Of a stretch of 64,000 bases of DNA, positions 49,785 to 62,399 are shown piece after piece; the first letter of the stretch is position 1; each line of letters begins with the position of its first letter. Location: assembly GCF_004010195.1 (NCBI RefSeq), contig NC_057717.1:102454849-102518848 (forward strand), written 5' to 3'. The notes beneath the pieces are model-generated. The model ran no database searches. It saw only the letters and a program-made list of their open reading frames with translations, and was not told the DNA's origin. The position numbers were made by a program, and so were the translations under genes. Origin of the DNA: Chiloscyllium plagiosum (lineage: Eukaryota).

Positions 49785-50770
49785 CAACATCCTGGGGATT
49801 ACTATTCATCAGAAACTGAATTGGACTCTTCATGTAAGTGCAAGAGCAGGTCAGAGCTTAGGAATACTACAGTGAGCAACTCCACTCCTGACTCTCCAAA
49901 GCCTGTCCACCATTGACAAGGCACAAGTCAGGAGGGTAATGGAATACTCCCCACTGGCCTGGATGGGGGCAGCCCCAACAACACTCAAGAAGCTCAACAC
50001 CATCCGGGACAAAGCAGCCCCCGCTTGATTGGCACCACACCTACAAGCATCTGTCCCCTCCACCACTCAGTAGCAGCAGTGTGTACCATCTACAAGACGC
50101 ACTGCAGCAATTCACCAAAGATCCTCAGACAGCACCTTCCAAACCCATGACTGCTTCCATCTCAAAGGACAAGGGCAGCAGATACATGGGAACACCTGCC
50201 CTGCAAGTTCCCCTCCAAGTCACTCATCATCCTGACTTAGACCATAAGATATAAGAGCATAATCAAGCCATTCAGCCCATCAAGACTGCTCCATCATTCA
50301 ATCATGTCAAATGTGTTTCTCAACCCCATTCTTCTGCCTTCTCCCTGTAACCCTTGACACCCTTCCCGATCAAGTACCTATCTATCTCTCTCTTATATAC
50401 ACTCAATGACTTGGCCTCCTCAGCCCTCAGTGGCAGTGAGTTCCACAGATTCCCCACCCTCTGGCTGAAGAAATTCCTCCTCATCTCCATTCTGAAGGGT
50501 TGTCCCTTCACTCTGAGACTATGTCTTCACATCCCAGTCTCTCCTATGAATGGAAACATCTTCTCCACATCCACCCTTATGTTGCTGTTCGTTTGCTGTC
50601 ACTGGATCAAAAAGCCCTTTCTAAAGCATTGTGGGTCCACTTACAGCACATGGACTACAGTGAGTTCAAGGAGGCAGCTCACCACCACTTTCTCAAGAAC
50701 AATCAAGGATGGGTAATAAACGTTGGCCCGGCCAGCGATGCCCTCATCTTGTGAATGAATTGAAAAAAAA
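49785..50770 (+). mobile_element. CR1/Jockey-group LINE 3' fragment interrupted by a minus-strand CR1 (50240-50577)
   Basis: ILGITIHQKLNW...KAQVRRVMEYSPLAWMGAAPTTLKKLNTIRDKA; resumes at about 50578 and runs to an A-rich tail. Confidence 0.85.
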
Positions 50771-51319
50771 AACTGCTGTGGGACCTTCTCCACTCACTTG
50801 TGGCTTACCCCGTCTCAGTATCTCCTTGCTTACCTCAATGTCACATTCTGTCTCGTAATATTCCTATCATTTCTCTCTTCTGGTAATCCCACCTCCAAGC
50901 TCCTTCAACCCCAATTACATTCATTCCACCTCTTGCCACGAAACACTGCCTCCCACACAGTCTCTAGTCCCAGATAGACTGGAGAGTGACTGCACAACCC
51001 TTCCCTCAGGGTTCACCCTCCTCCACACCCCTCACCTCTTGTAGGAGCCTGTGATGCCTTGCTGCATAACTTGGGGAGGGGCAAGGAAATTCCAGTGGTG
51101 ACCAGTCTTCTGCCCGGCTGTCTGCCCACAGCACACTACCTTGGCACCTCAAATGGTCTCTCACTATCCACCTCAGCAATAGGTAACAAACCATTGTATC
51201 ACCTGCCCTGACCACACATCCATACTGCCTGCATCTAGAGCAACAGGTTTCCTCAAGAATATCCATTCAATGGAGAATTGTGGTTCCTTTTCCCCCCATC
51301 CAGGAGAAATTAGAGTGCT

Positions 51320-51620
51320 CATAGAATCCCTACAGTGCAGAAAGAGGCCGTTCAGCCCATTGAGTCGTTGCTAACCCTCTGATGAGCATCCCACCCAAGC
51401 CCAATTCCCCAATCTATCCCCATAACCCCACATTATCCCACTTACCTTGCACATCCCTGGCCAATCCACCCCCAAGCATCTTTGGAGTGTGGGAGGAAAC
51501 CCATGCAGATATAGAGGGAATGTGCAAACTCCACACAGACAGTTGTCTGAGGCTGGAATCAAACTTGGATCCCTGGTGCGGTGAAGCAGCAGTGCTAACC
51601 ACTGAGCCACCGTACTGCTC
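51320..51620 (-). mobile_element. HE1-type SINE
   Basis: Reverse-complement head gcagcagtgctaaccactgagccaccgt. Confidence 0.9.
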
Positions 51621-52589
51621 CAGTTGACAGTAAAAGGATAGGATCTCAGATTTACCTGGCTGGAGTGCTTCACTCAAGAAAAAAAAAATCACTTAGATTC
51701 CATTCGGAAGAATGTCCACCTGAAATAAAGGAATGAGCTCCCACTCCCATCCAGAACTGTTCATAGGGTTCGGAAGATCAGAACAAGAGTTAGCAATTTG
51801 GACTTGCTCTAACTTGCTCTGTCATTTCACATAATCACAGCTGATCTGATTTGATGTGACCCACAACTCAAGGTGCAAGGCAGGAACAGTGGAATGGCCT
51901 TGTCTTTGTGCAGCGAAATTCAACGATGCAATGTTTGCGATTTCAGGTTGACAGGCACTGTCTGATTTATGTAATATTTATAAGCTCCTGTCTCCTACGT
52001 TTGAACACTGGAGTGGTTCAGTCAGGAAATAGGATAAACAGAGCAAAGTAGTGACGCAGAGTGGATTAGCTTAATTGTGCCATCCTGGTTTGGTTGAGGA
52101 GGTGGGAGCAGTTGGAGAACGGGATAAAATCAGAACCTGTTCAGGATGAGCACTCAAACGTGTGTGATCATAGTGAGCTGTGCCCATTTCCTTCCTTAAA
52201 ATATCCTTCAGCAGGATTGAATGTAGTTTTGTAAGCAGCTGAATATGGCTGTTCTTTCACTGAGTCAGAAACAATTGTCAACTGTACAAAGATTTGCACC
52301 CAAATATCAGCGAATACAGTGGGAGCTAAAATTACATCGAGGTGCTGTTAATGAATTCTGGATGACCTTATGAAACCATCTTGGAGAAAGGCTATCCAAT
52401 AAACACACACCAAGGACCAGGACTCCTGATAATTCAGTCGGGGAAATCCCACATTATTGGTTGAAATCTATAACTCAGTCCCCTCTGAACTTTAAAAGTC
52501 CCCCACTGGAATGTAGCCCTCCATTCAATAAAATCTTTCTAAAACCTTCGGTCTGTCATACTCAAAGTCTCTGACATGACAGACATGAA

Positions 52590-52928
52590 ATGGCATGGTG
52601 GCTCAGTGAGTAGCACCGCTGCCTCACAGTACCAGAGACCTGGGTTTGATTCCACTATCGGGTGACCGTGTGGAGTTTGCACATTGCGTGTGTGTGTGTT
52701 CTCCGGGTTTCCTCCCAAGGTCAATAGATGTGCAGGTTGGGTGAATTGGCCATGCTAAATTGGCCATGCTAAATTGCCCAAAGCATCAGTTAGGTGCATT
52801 GGCCATGGGATTGCAGGGTTATACAGTAAGGGGACGGACCTTGGTGGGATACTCTTCGGAGGGTTGGTGTGGACTTATTGGGCTGAATGGCCTGGTTCCA
52901 CATTGTAGGGGTTCTATGGTATTCTATG
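52590..52928 (+). mobile_element. HE1-type SINE with internal 14-bp duplication
   Basis: attggccatgctaa x2 at about 52745-52772. Confidence 0.85.
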
Positions 52929-54364
52929 CATTAGGCTCAAATTCCAAAGACCAGCATGGATGATCCAGAGGTATAACTTCCAATCCAACAGTGGAAAACT
53001 TATATTCAGTTAATCTACTAAATCTAGAATTAAAATGTGGGTTTCAGTCATGGTGAAACAATTGAATTGTTGATTAAAAAGAAGGCAATTGGTTCACAAA
53101 TACTTTGGAAAGGAAATCTGCCATTTTCACAAGGTTTGATCTCCACTCAAATCCAGAACCACAAAAATGTGGCTTCCTCTGAAATGGCCAATCATGACCC
53201 TGTTGGAAATAATATAAAGTAGCTCACTATCAATCGTTGTCAATGGTAATAAGGAATGGGTCCTTATGGTATCTGTTCCCTGTCCTATCCTCTCAACAGC
53301 CCATCCCTGGCCAACACTCCACAGTATTCATCAATACAGTCAACAAAAGTCTTCTTGCAATAAGGCTTTCCTACAGTTGAAGACAGCCTGAGAAACAGCT
53401 GGGAAAAATGCACAGATTAAATGGACAGTCTCATCCACCCAATCTTCAGTCATAAAGTTTGTGTTTCATAATTGATGGGGCACATCAGTCATCCATCAAG
53501 GAATCTCCATTATCTTTATTCTGTTTACATATTTATTCAACACTTAATCTTCAGGGCTTACAGTATTGAGTTGAATGATAAATTGACAACTGTGCACCCT
53601 CGTGTGAACTCCATGCATTCCAACTTCAAATAAGAGATTACTTGTTCCTCTGATTTGTTACTTTTCAAATGCATCTTGGGAGGAGGGCATGGTCAGTTTT
53701 CTTTCTATTAACTCTTCGAAGGGCTTTTGTTCCAATTTGAGCTGCCAATTATTTTCATTTTCACAGTAGTGCACATAAAAAAAGGAACATGATTAACTGT
53801 GGCATTTAAATGGTGCATCTCCTGTCAAAGTTTCTCTAAGGCGTTATTAATAGTGACAGCAGCATCCATGTTGCATTAACAAACCCAGAAGCAGCCACAC
53901 TATCTATGTCAGCTTGACTTTTAATATGGGGCTGGAATGAAGGATGAGGACTCCTTGTGGTTTAGATGTTTTTAAAAACAAATTCATGGGGCTGTGAGTA
54001 TTACAATCTCAGTCCATATTTATTGCACATCCTTTATTATCACTGACAAAGGCTGTTAGTGAGCCACTTTACATTATTTCCAATGGTGTCTTGCTTGGTC
54101 ATTTCAGAGAAGACCACTTTTTGGTGGCTCTGGAGTCATGTATGGATCAGATCAGGTGAAAATGGCAGATTTCCTTCCCTAAGTATTCGTGAACCAGTTG
54201 CCTTCTTTTTGACCAACAATGCAATCATTTCACCATTACTGAAACCCGCATTTTAATTCCAGCTTTATTAGATTAAATGAATACAAATTTTGCACAGTTA
54301 TCATGTTGGATTGGAAGTTACCTGTTTGGATCATTGGTCCAGATCTTTGGAGTATGAAATTAAG

Positions 54365-54710
54365 GCACACACATGTGCGCATGCACACAAACACACATGT
54401 ATACACACACATACACAAACACATACACACATGCACAAGTACTCTCTCTCTCTTTCTCTTGCACAGTCTCTCAGGCTCACTCCCACACGCATTCATAGGT
54501 TTCACACACACACTTATACACTGACACAGTCACACACAGTCTCCCATTGTCTCATACACAGACATTGACAATCCCATACAGTCACAGAGACACACACTCA
54601 CACACACGTGCTCGCACATACACAGGTGCATGCATACATGTGAATATACACACACAGACACACACACACACACATGCACACACCTCACACCCCTGCCCCA
54701 CCAATCCACC
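54365..54710. repeat. CA-rich low-complexity tract
   Basis: Degenerate (CA)n/(CT)n. Confidence 0.9.
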
Positions 54711-55996
54711 CACCAGTAAGTTACACAGTTTAAGGACAAAACTAGACAAACTTTTTTAGTGTTCAATAAGTGTTGAAGATATGCAGGTCGCGTACATTTG
54801 GAAATTGGATGATTTTCAGCCTGAAATTGAGAGACATTTGAGATTTGCTTCAATGGTGTTTCAATAGCTGAACGACAAATTGGGGTTCCAATTCACACGG
54901 ATGGAAAGAGATTGGCAGAAGGTGGCCCATTCGCTCTTCCTGGTCATTCAGCATCTCTACTGAGGAAACATATTTTAAAACGCAAAACATGGGTAGCTGG
55001 CTTGTCCCTCTCTAATTGACCAGTTACCCAAATATGGTCACAGCTAATGGATGTGTGGTTGCAACTTGATCTGATTATGGCTTGAGTGAATTCCTTTCTC
55101 AGCTAGAATTTGTTGTCGGAGGTGCGTATGTCTAACGTGTAGTCCCCAACCGAGAGAGTGCGCCATATTCCTCCTGAACAGAATGCCCCTCCGTCATAAA
55201 GACTGCAGTGATACAAGAAATTGGCTTCTCCCCATCACCTTCTCAGGGCAATTAGGGATGGGTAATAAATGGTGACTTAACCCTCGCCATCCACATCCCA
55301 GATTGCAGACTGTGAATAATAACTAAAAGAGAACCCCTGTATGTCCACCACGGGGAGGGGGTCAAATTGCTCATTTTCATCTGACCTGCAACATCTTAAA
55401 CAGGAAACAGTTCTTCTTAACACAGGGGTGGTTGGGGAGGTTAAAGTTAATTCCATTTGTACAAAACTGTTCATTAATGAGTTAGAAATTGGACTGAAAT
55501 AATAATGTCTGAGTTGTTATGTATATGCATATTTGCGTATGTTATATATATATATATATATAATATGCCCGTTTTCTCAAGGGGCTCAGCCCAACTCTCT
55601 CCACTAAGTTGTTTCATGGTTCCAGATGAAATTAGTAATGGCTAAATGGCCATACTTAGTCAACTGAATATTAAAGGGAAAGTGTGCCTTAATTATATGC
55701 CAGCCCACCAAGTTCCACCAAGATAAATGCACCAAGAATTACTAAAGTAATCAAACTGTGTTGCCCCACCAATGTAAGAAGTGGGACATGCTTTGACTAC
55801 ACCCATCTATAACCCTCCTCCTCCTCTGGCAAGCGATGTGTAACACTGGGTTGACCACATTTAGAAAGAATAAAGACCACATCAAGGCATCGATCACAGG
55901 GAGACAACTTCCTCACTGACTTGCTGCTGATTTTAGCATCTTCCAGTTTCAGCAATGCTAAAATTACTGAGGTGCCTGAGGAAGAAGAGGCGTTCT

Positions 55997-56142
55997 GCAT
56001 GTAGGTTTGCTCGCTGAGCTGGAAGGGTCATTTCCAGACGTTTCGTCACCCTACTAGGTAACATCTTCAGTGAGACTCCGGATGAAGCACTGGTGGTGTA
56101 GCCTGCTTTCTATTTATGTGTTTGGGTTTCCGTGGGTTGGTG
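55997..56142 (-). mobile_element. PLE family C terminus inserted in Rex1/Babar
   Basis: 9-bp TSD agaggcgtt at 55986-55994 and 56143-56151. Confidence 0.9.
56034..56073 (-). ncRNA. Minimal hammerhead ribozyme motif, family C
   Basis: Minus strand tca-CTGAAGA-t-gttacc-tagtag-ggtgac-GAAA-cg-TC-tgg: 6-bp stem II, 3-bp stem I. Confidence 0.82.
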
Positions 56143-57574
56143 AGAGGCGTTGTTGTGCCTTCTTGATTGTTGCATGTAAGTGGGAAGCCCAGGACAAGTA
56201 ATTGTCTCTCCCATCCACCTCTGCTCCATTGATGTAGAAGGGGCTGTGTTCTCCTCCTTTCTTTCTGAAGTGAATGATTAGATCTTTAGTCTTGCTGATA
56301 TTGAGAAAGAGATTAATATCATTGCACCATGACATCAAACCATCTATCGCCTTCCTATAATCTGACTCATCGTTGTTAGATATCCATCCTACTAGGGGCT
56401 GGCGTCATCAGCAAACTTGGAGATGCCACTCATTCAGAATTTGGGTACACACAGGTGGGTATACAGGGGAGTACAGTAAGGAGCTGAGAACACATCCTTG
56501 GTGGTGGGGCCAGGTTGGGGGGGGGGGGGGGTTGGTGGTTTTTCCAGTGCTGAGTGTTATTGTGGCGGAGGTGCAGTTACCAATCCTCACTGATTACAGT
56601 CTGTGGGTCAGGAAGGTGGGGATCCAGTTGTAGAGGGTGGAGCTGAGACCAAGGTCATGGAGTTTTGAGGTCAGTCTGGACAGGATAGTGGTGTTGAAGG
56701 TGGAGCTGTAGTCGATGAGCAGGAGTCCGACGTAGGTGACCTTGTTGTCCAGATGTTCCAGGGATAAGTGCAGGGCTAGGGAACCTGTTCCATTGGTAGG
56801 CAAAATCGAGGGGATAGCGGCTGGGTGGGAGACTGGAGTTGATGTGGGCCATGACCAGCCTCTCAAAGCACTTCCTGATTATAGAGGTCAGAGCCTTTGG
56901 GCGGTAGTCATTAAGGCACGTTGCATGTGCTCATTGGGGTGATGGTGGTCTCCTTGAAGCAGATGGGGACTTTGGCTTGTAGGAAAGAGAGGATGAAGAT
57001 GTTGGTGAATCCCTCCACCCACTGTTCCACACAGGAGGTGAGGGTTAGTGTTTGTTGAGCACTACTTTAATGCCACATCGCCTTGCTGATGTCCACCTTC
57101 CAGACACACCAAGTAGGTTCAATGTTGAGAAAGCCCGACATGGAAACCATAGCAGGAACCTGGCGGATCAGCTCACACTGTGATCCAAGTGACCTCCACA
57201 TTTCATTCCATCAGACTGCAACTCAGGGCACCACCTGCACACACCCCTCATCCATGGACACTGGCATCTGGCATTTGCCATCCCCTCGCCACCATCATGG
57301 TACCCCTCCAATGCAGGGTAGGGCCGTTTGCATGGAGGAGCAGCTGGCATGAAAAGGCAGGGGCTGGTACTCAGCTCAGGACCAGAGCATTCTCTGGACT
57401 CCTCGCTTGCTCTCGTAGCGCCTACCTGTTTGCTCCCAACATCCATGCCTTGAATTGCTTTGCAGTGTTTGTTAGTACATTGGCAGTTCAGCCAGAGACA
57501 AGAGTTCTCCGGACTACTGTGGTGATGTGCTGTTTAGCGCAGACACATGGACACACTGTTCACCAGTTTGCTAT

Positions 57575-57703
57575 TGCTAATGAAAGGGCTTATGCCCGAA
57601 ACATCGATTGTCCCACTCCTCGGAAGCTGCCTGACCTGCTGTGCTTTTCCAGTGCCACACTTTTTGACGCTGATCTCCAGCATCTGCAGTCCTCACTTTG
57701 TCC
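57575..57703 (+). mobile_element. PLE family B solo terminus, decayed hammerhead
   Basis: ctaatgaaagggcttatgcccgaaacatcg...cctcactttgtcc. Confidence 0.85.
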
Positions 57704-58039
57704 AGTTGGCCAATAAGGCTCTTTCCAGTGAGGCTGGATATGTTGCTGTATGGCGCACGGAGACATCAATACCAACTGTCTGGGTGGAAACACATGGCAT
57801 GTTCATCCAACCAGGGGGCCATGTCAGAAATAGGTTGGGGGGGGGGCAGTCCTTAGTCCAGTCAATGGGTTCCTGGCACCATCAGCCACAGGTACAGTCC
57901 ACACACAACCCAGGACTTGGCCTTACTCAGGCTTCCACCTGCTGTCTTCTGCAAGTACAGTATCTCCTTCATTACCCAGTCAAAATGCCTCTTCTTGTAA
58001 ATAATCAGCAATTATATCTCTTAATTAAAGATTTCAATC

Positions 58040-58380
58040 CTCCCTCTTATCCTATAAGTTCAATTAGCTTGTGATTGCCCATGTTTGCCCTGTCTCACTC
58101 TTTGAAAATGAATATTGCGCTGGCCACTCTCCAGGTTTCTATGATATGCCTTGAGATGTGGTTATTGAGTTTTACGACCAATAGTTTCAGAGTTTTATTA
58201 GTGAGTTATTCTCCTCTCTTAAACAGTCACCTCAACCATCCCATTCCATTGCGGCTAATACTCCCTTCATTGTGTCAGGCTCGCTGCCCAGTCCCCTTAA
58301 GAGCAGTGTAACCACACACACAGAAACAGCTCCAAGAGAACATTGGTCCCAGTGTGTCTGATCCTGGAACTGCCTTTTCA
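58040..58380 (-). mobile_element. Uninterrupted copy of the old repeat at 2056-2903
   Basis: ORF 58075 (+) and ORF 2595 (-) give alignable translations; DNA is colinear. Confidence 0.75.
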
Positions 58381-59009
58381 ATGCTCCCCTCTAACATTGT
58401 GCTGGGTTTGTACTCGAGAAACCCAGGCTACAATCCCTGAAGGGTGTCAGTTCAAATCCAATCATGACAACTAGAGGTGGAATTTGAACTAATGCATTTT
58501 ATTAAACTAGTGAATCTGAAATTAAGGTAGTCTCAGTAACGGTGCAACGAAACTGCTACCAATTGTAGTAACAACCTCACTGGTTCTCTGGTGACCTCTT
58601 AGAGGGGTGAGGAAGGAAAAGCTCCATCCTTACAATCTGGCACGTGATTCGAATCCAATAGCAACGCGGTTGACTTTTAAATTACCCCCGGCAAGGCACT
58701 CAGTTCAAGGGCAATTAGGGATGAGCAATCAATGCTGACCTTGCCATCCATGTCCAGTGACCCCAAAAGGAAAAAGCACGGATTACCATTGACCCTGCCC
58801 GGAGACCCAGTGCAACTGCTGGGAAGGTGCGTTTAGTCTGGGGCCCTCTCCTCCCAGACTCAAATGAAGGACGGGGACCAGGAGTCAAGTTCATTTCTAG
58901 AGAGGGTGCCAGTAAGGATTTGGCACCCACAGGCTGACAAGGCAATAAAAGAAGGAAGATGTTTTCCATTCCTCATTGCTATCCAATGATATCCCTCTCA
59001 ACATGAAGT

Positions 59010-59818
59010 GATAGAGCTATCCAGCATGGAGACCCTTCAGTCCAACTCGTCCATGCCACCAAGATATTCTGAGTTGATCGAATCTCACTTTTCAGCATTT
59101 GGCCTCTAAACCGTTCCTATCCATGTACCCATCCAGGTACCTTTTAAATGTTGTAATTGTACCAGCCTCCACCACTTCCTCTGGCAGCTCATTCCATACA
59201 CGCACCACCCTCTGTGCGAAAAAGTTACCCCTTAGGTCCCTTTTAAATCTTTCCCCTCTCACCTTAAACCTATGCCCTCTAGTTTTGGACTCCCCTACCC
59301 CAGGGAAAATACCTTGTCTATTCACCCTATCCATGCCCCTCATAATTTTATAAACTTCCATAATGACCCCCTCATCCTCCAATCCTCCAGGTAAAACAGC
59401 CCTAGCCTATTCAGCCTCTTCCTGTAGCTCAAAATGTCTAACCCAAGCAACATCCTTGTAAATCTTTCCTGACCCTTTCAAGTTTCACAACATCCTTCCT
59501 ATAGCAAGGAGACCAGAATTGCATGCAATATATCAAAAGTGGCCTGACCAATGTCCAGTTCGGCCGCAACATGACCTCCCATTTCCTATACTCAATGTAA
59601 TGACCAATAAAGGCAAGCATACCAAATGCCTTCTTCACTACCCTGTGACTCCACCTTCAAGGAGCTGTGCACCCACACCCCTCGGACTCTTTGGTCAGTA
59701 AACCTTACTTTTAACCGTATAAGCCCTGACCTGATTTGTCGTATGCAAATGCAGCACCTCACATTTTTCTAAATTAAACTCCAGCCGCCCTTCCTCAGCC
59801 CATTGGCCCATCTGATCA
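59010..59818 (-). mobile_element. CR1 LINE 3' fragment
   Basis: Minus ORFs 59092-59382 and 59438-59638 with CR1 motifs. Confidence 0.95.
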
Positions 59819-60194
59819 ATATATAGTACATGTGTCTCATGAAACGCTTAAACACACTCTTACTGTTCTGCAGAAGGGTCACTCAATCTGAAACATTAAC
59901 TCTGATGTCTCTCCACAAATGCTGCCAGACCTTTTCCAGCCATTTCTGTTTTTGTCTCTTACCATGCTATAGTTTCTGCTTTGGGTGTAAACAGAAAATT
60001 ATGTTCATATGATGATTAAAGTTGCTCTGACTGAGCTTAAGTATGCCTGTGTATAGTTTCCCAACCATAAGTAATCTGACTTCAAAATCACTTGAAAAAA
60101 AAAACAGATTAAATCATGTATTCGTTTAATTTGGAACCAGTTTCTTAGGTAACAAAGTTTTTTGGATAAAAAGGCTTAACTCTTCCTGGATTGA

Positions 60195-60652
60195 CATAAG
60201 GATATTATTAAGCTGGAGAGGGTTCAGAAGAGATTTACCAGGATGTTGCCAGGTATGGAAGGCTTGTGTTATAAAGAAAGGCTGGATAGGCTGGGACTCT
60301 TTTCACTGGAGTGTAGGAGGTTGAGAAGTCACCTTATCAAAGTTTATAAATTATGACAGGTATAGATAGAGTTAATGGCAGTTGTCTTTTCTCTAGGATG
60401 GGGGTTTTTCAAGACTAGAAGGCACATTTTTAAGGTAAGAGGAGAGAGATTTAAAAAAGACATGTGGGGGTCAATTTCTTTTACACAGAGGCTGGTTCAG
60501 TGGAGGTGGTGGATGCGGGCACAGTTCCAACATTTAAAGGACATTTGGTTAGATACACAAATAGGAATGGTTTGGAGGGATATGGGTCAGGAGCAGGCAG
60601 GTGGGACTCGTTTAGTTTGGGATTATGGTCAGGTTGGACCGAAGGGTCTTAT
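60195..60652 (+). mobile_element. CR1 3' fragment
   Basis: KDIIKLERVQKRFTRMLPG. Confidence 0.9.
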
Positions 60653-60657
60653 GATTT

Positions 60658-60950
60658 TAGATTAGATTCACTACAGTATGGAAACAGGCCCTTCAGCCCA
60701 ACAAGTCTACGCCGACCCTTCAAAGAGTAACCCACCCAGAGCCATTCCTCTTCCTTATATTTGCCCCTGACTTGGCAACTTAGCACAGCCCGCCCACCTA
60801 AGCTGCAGGTCTTTGAACTCTGGGAAGAAACCCTCACAGACACGAGGAGAATGTACAAACTCACACAGACACTCGCCCAAGGCTGGAATTGAACCTGGGT
60901 CCCTAATGCTGTAAGGCAGTAGTACTAACCACTGAGCCACTATGCCGCCC
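60658..60950 (-). mobile_element. HE1-type SINE
   Basis: (agatt)n tail complement and reverse head. Confidence 0.9.
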
Positions 60951-62399
60951 CATGGCTCTGGAAACACCTATGACCGGGGTGGTGTTGTAGGTGTGGCACG
61001 CTGCAAAACAAATGAAACATTATATGGCAAATTGAAAATTCCCAGCTTTAGTTCTGGTTCAGTCAATCCCACTTGGACTGTGTGGTTGTGACTAACATCC
61101 ACAAACTGGATTGTATCTGTGTCACAGGCAGTTCATGGGCAGCTGGAATTTTCACCTTGTAAAGGGAACCTTCCTCAAGATAGATTGATCTGGTGCTGGA
61201 ATTCCTTGAGGAATTAAAATTCCCTTCATCTCCAGGACTCTGAAGTAATCACATACAGCAGAGCACCACAGGACACCTCAGTCCCCGGCTCAAGTCCTGT
61301 CTCTGTCAATGAAATGCCTGAGAAAATCGATTGTGACTTGCCTGTGGTTTGTGTAGGTTTGAGGCTTTCATTTGGCCTTCATTCGATCCAAACACGACCA
61401 AGTCTGGGAATGCCGCGAGAGACAACTATCGAGTGTTGTATACATGTTCTGTGGTTTCACAGTCCTCCCCGCTCTTGAGAATCCTAATTCCCATGGCAAG
61501 CTGCCCTCGTTCAGACCCACTGGAAATTCCTTCTGGTTCAGAAACAGAATAAGCAAAATTCTGCTGATTCATTCCTGGGTTTGACTTTTTTTTTCCACTC
61601 ATGAGTTTCAACATGAATAAACATTCAACCCACAAGAGTCACAAAAGGAAAGGAAAAGGTAGGGTGTGGACTTAAAGTAACGTGCAAATGGAGCAAAGGA
61701 TGAGACGAGAAAGAATCCTTTTCACACAGCAAGTTGTGAGGGTCATGGAATGCAGTCAGAAATGTAGTGGAGGCAGGATCAATTGAAGCCTCCAATAGGG
61801 TTTTGGATGGTTATTTGTATAGGGTGCAGGAAAATGGGGAACAGACTCTGAGGAATAGAATTTGTGCAGGCTCGATGGGCCTCCTACAAAATTCAGTGAT
61901 TCCGTGAGACTTTAAATGCAGGATTGGGAAGACAATTGGAAATTTTGAAAAGCCCTTGAATCCACCTGTTGAGTCAGCTCTTGCTGCAGATCTGTTATAT
62001 ACCTTTAAGGGTCATGCTCCTGACATCATCGCTGTGTCATGGCATGTGGTCCAATGGCATAAAACTCTCATACTCCATCTCACTGAGCTTTGTCCCCTTG
62101 GAGCATGTCACACTGAGGGAAGGATGATGTAGGATATCTGAATGACTTCTGTCTAGCTCAGACATACAAGAACCTTGTGATTGTAATGTAGGTATGTAGA
62201 TATCAGGTGCTGTAATAAAATATGGTTGCATTTTTCAATATGACATGACCTACATCTCCTCTCTATGGACCTAACATTAGTATTATAGCGTGATAGTGGG
62301 CTAACATCAATATACCTCAATACCTCATTGCAACACAACTTTTGAGCCCCAATTCAGTTCCTTGTTCAACACCAGCTATTACAATTAGAAGGTAGAACA

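Larger units (their letters stand above)
55960..57080 (-). mobile_element. Rex1/Babar LINE RT fragment
   Basis: HLDNKVTYVGLLLIDYSSTFNT, QGCVLSSLLYS, WCNDINLFLNISKTKDLII, KKAQQRL. Confidence 0.9.
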
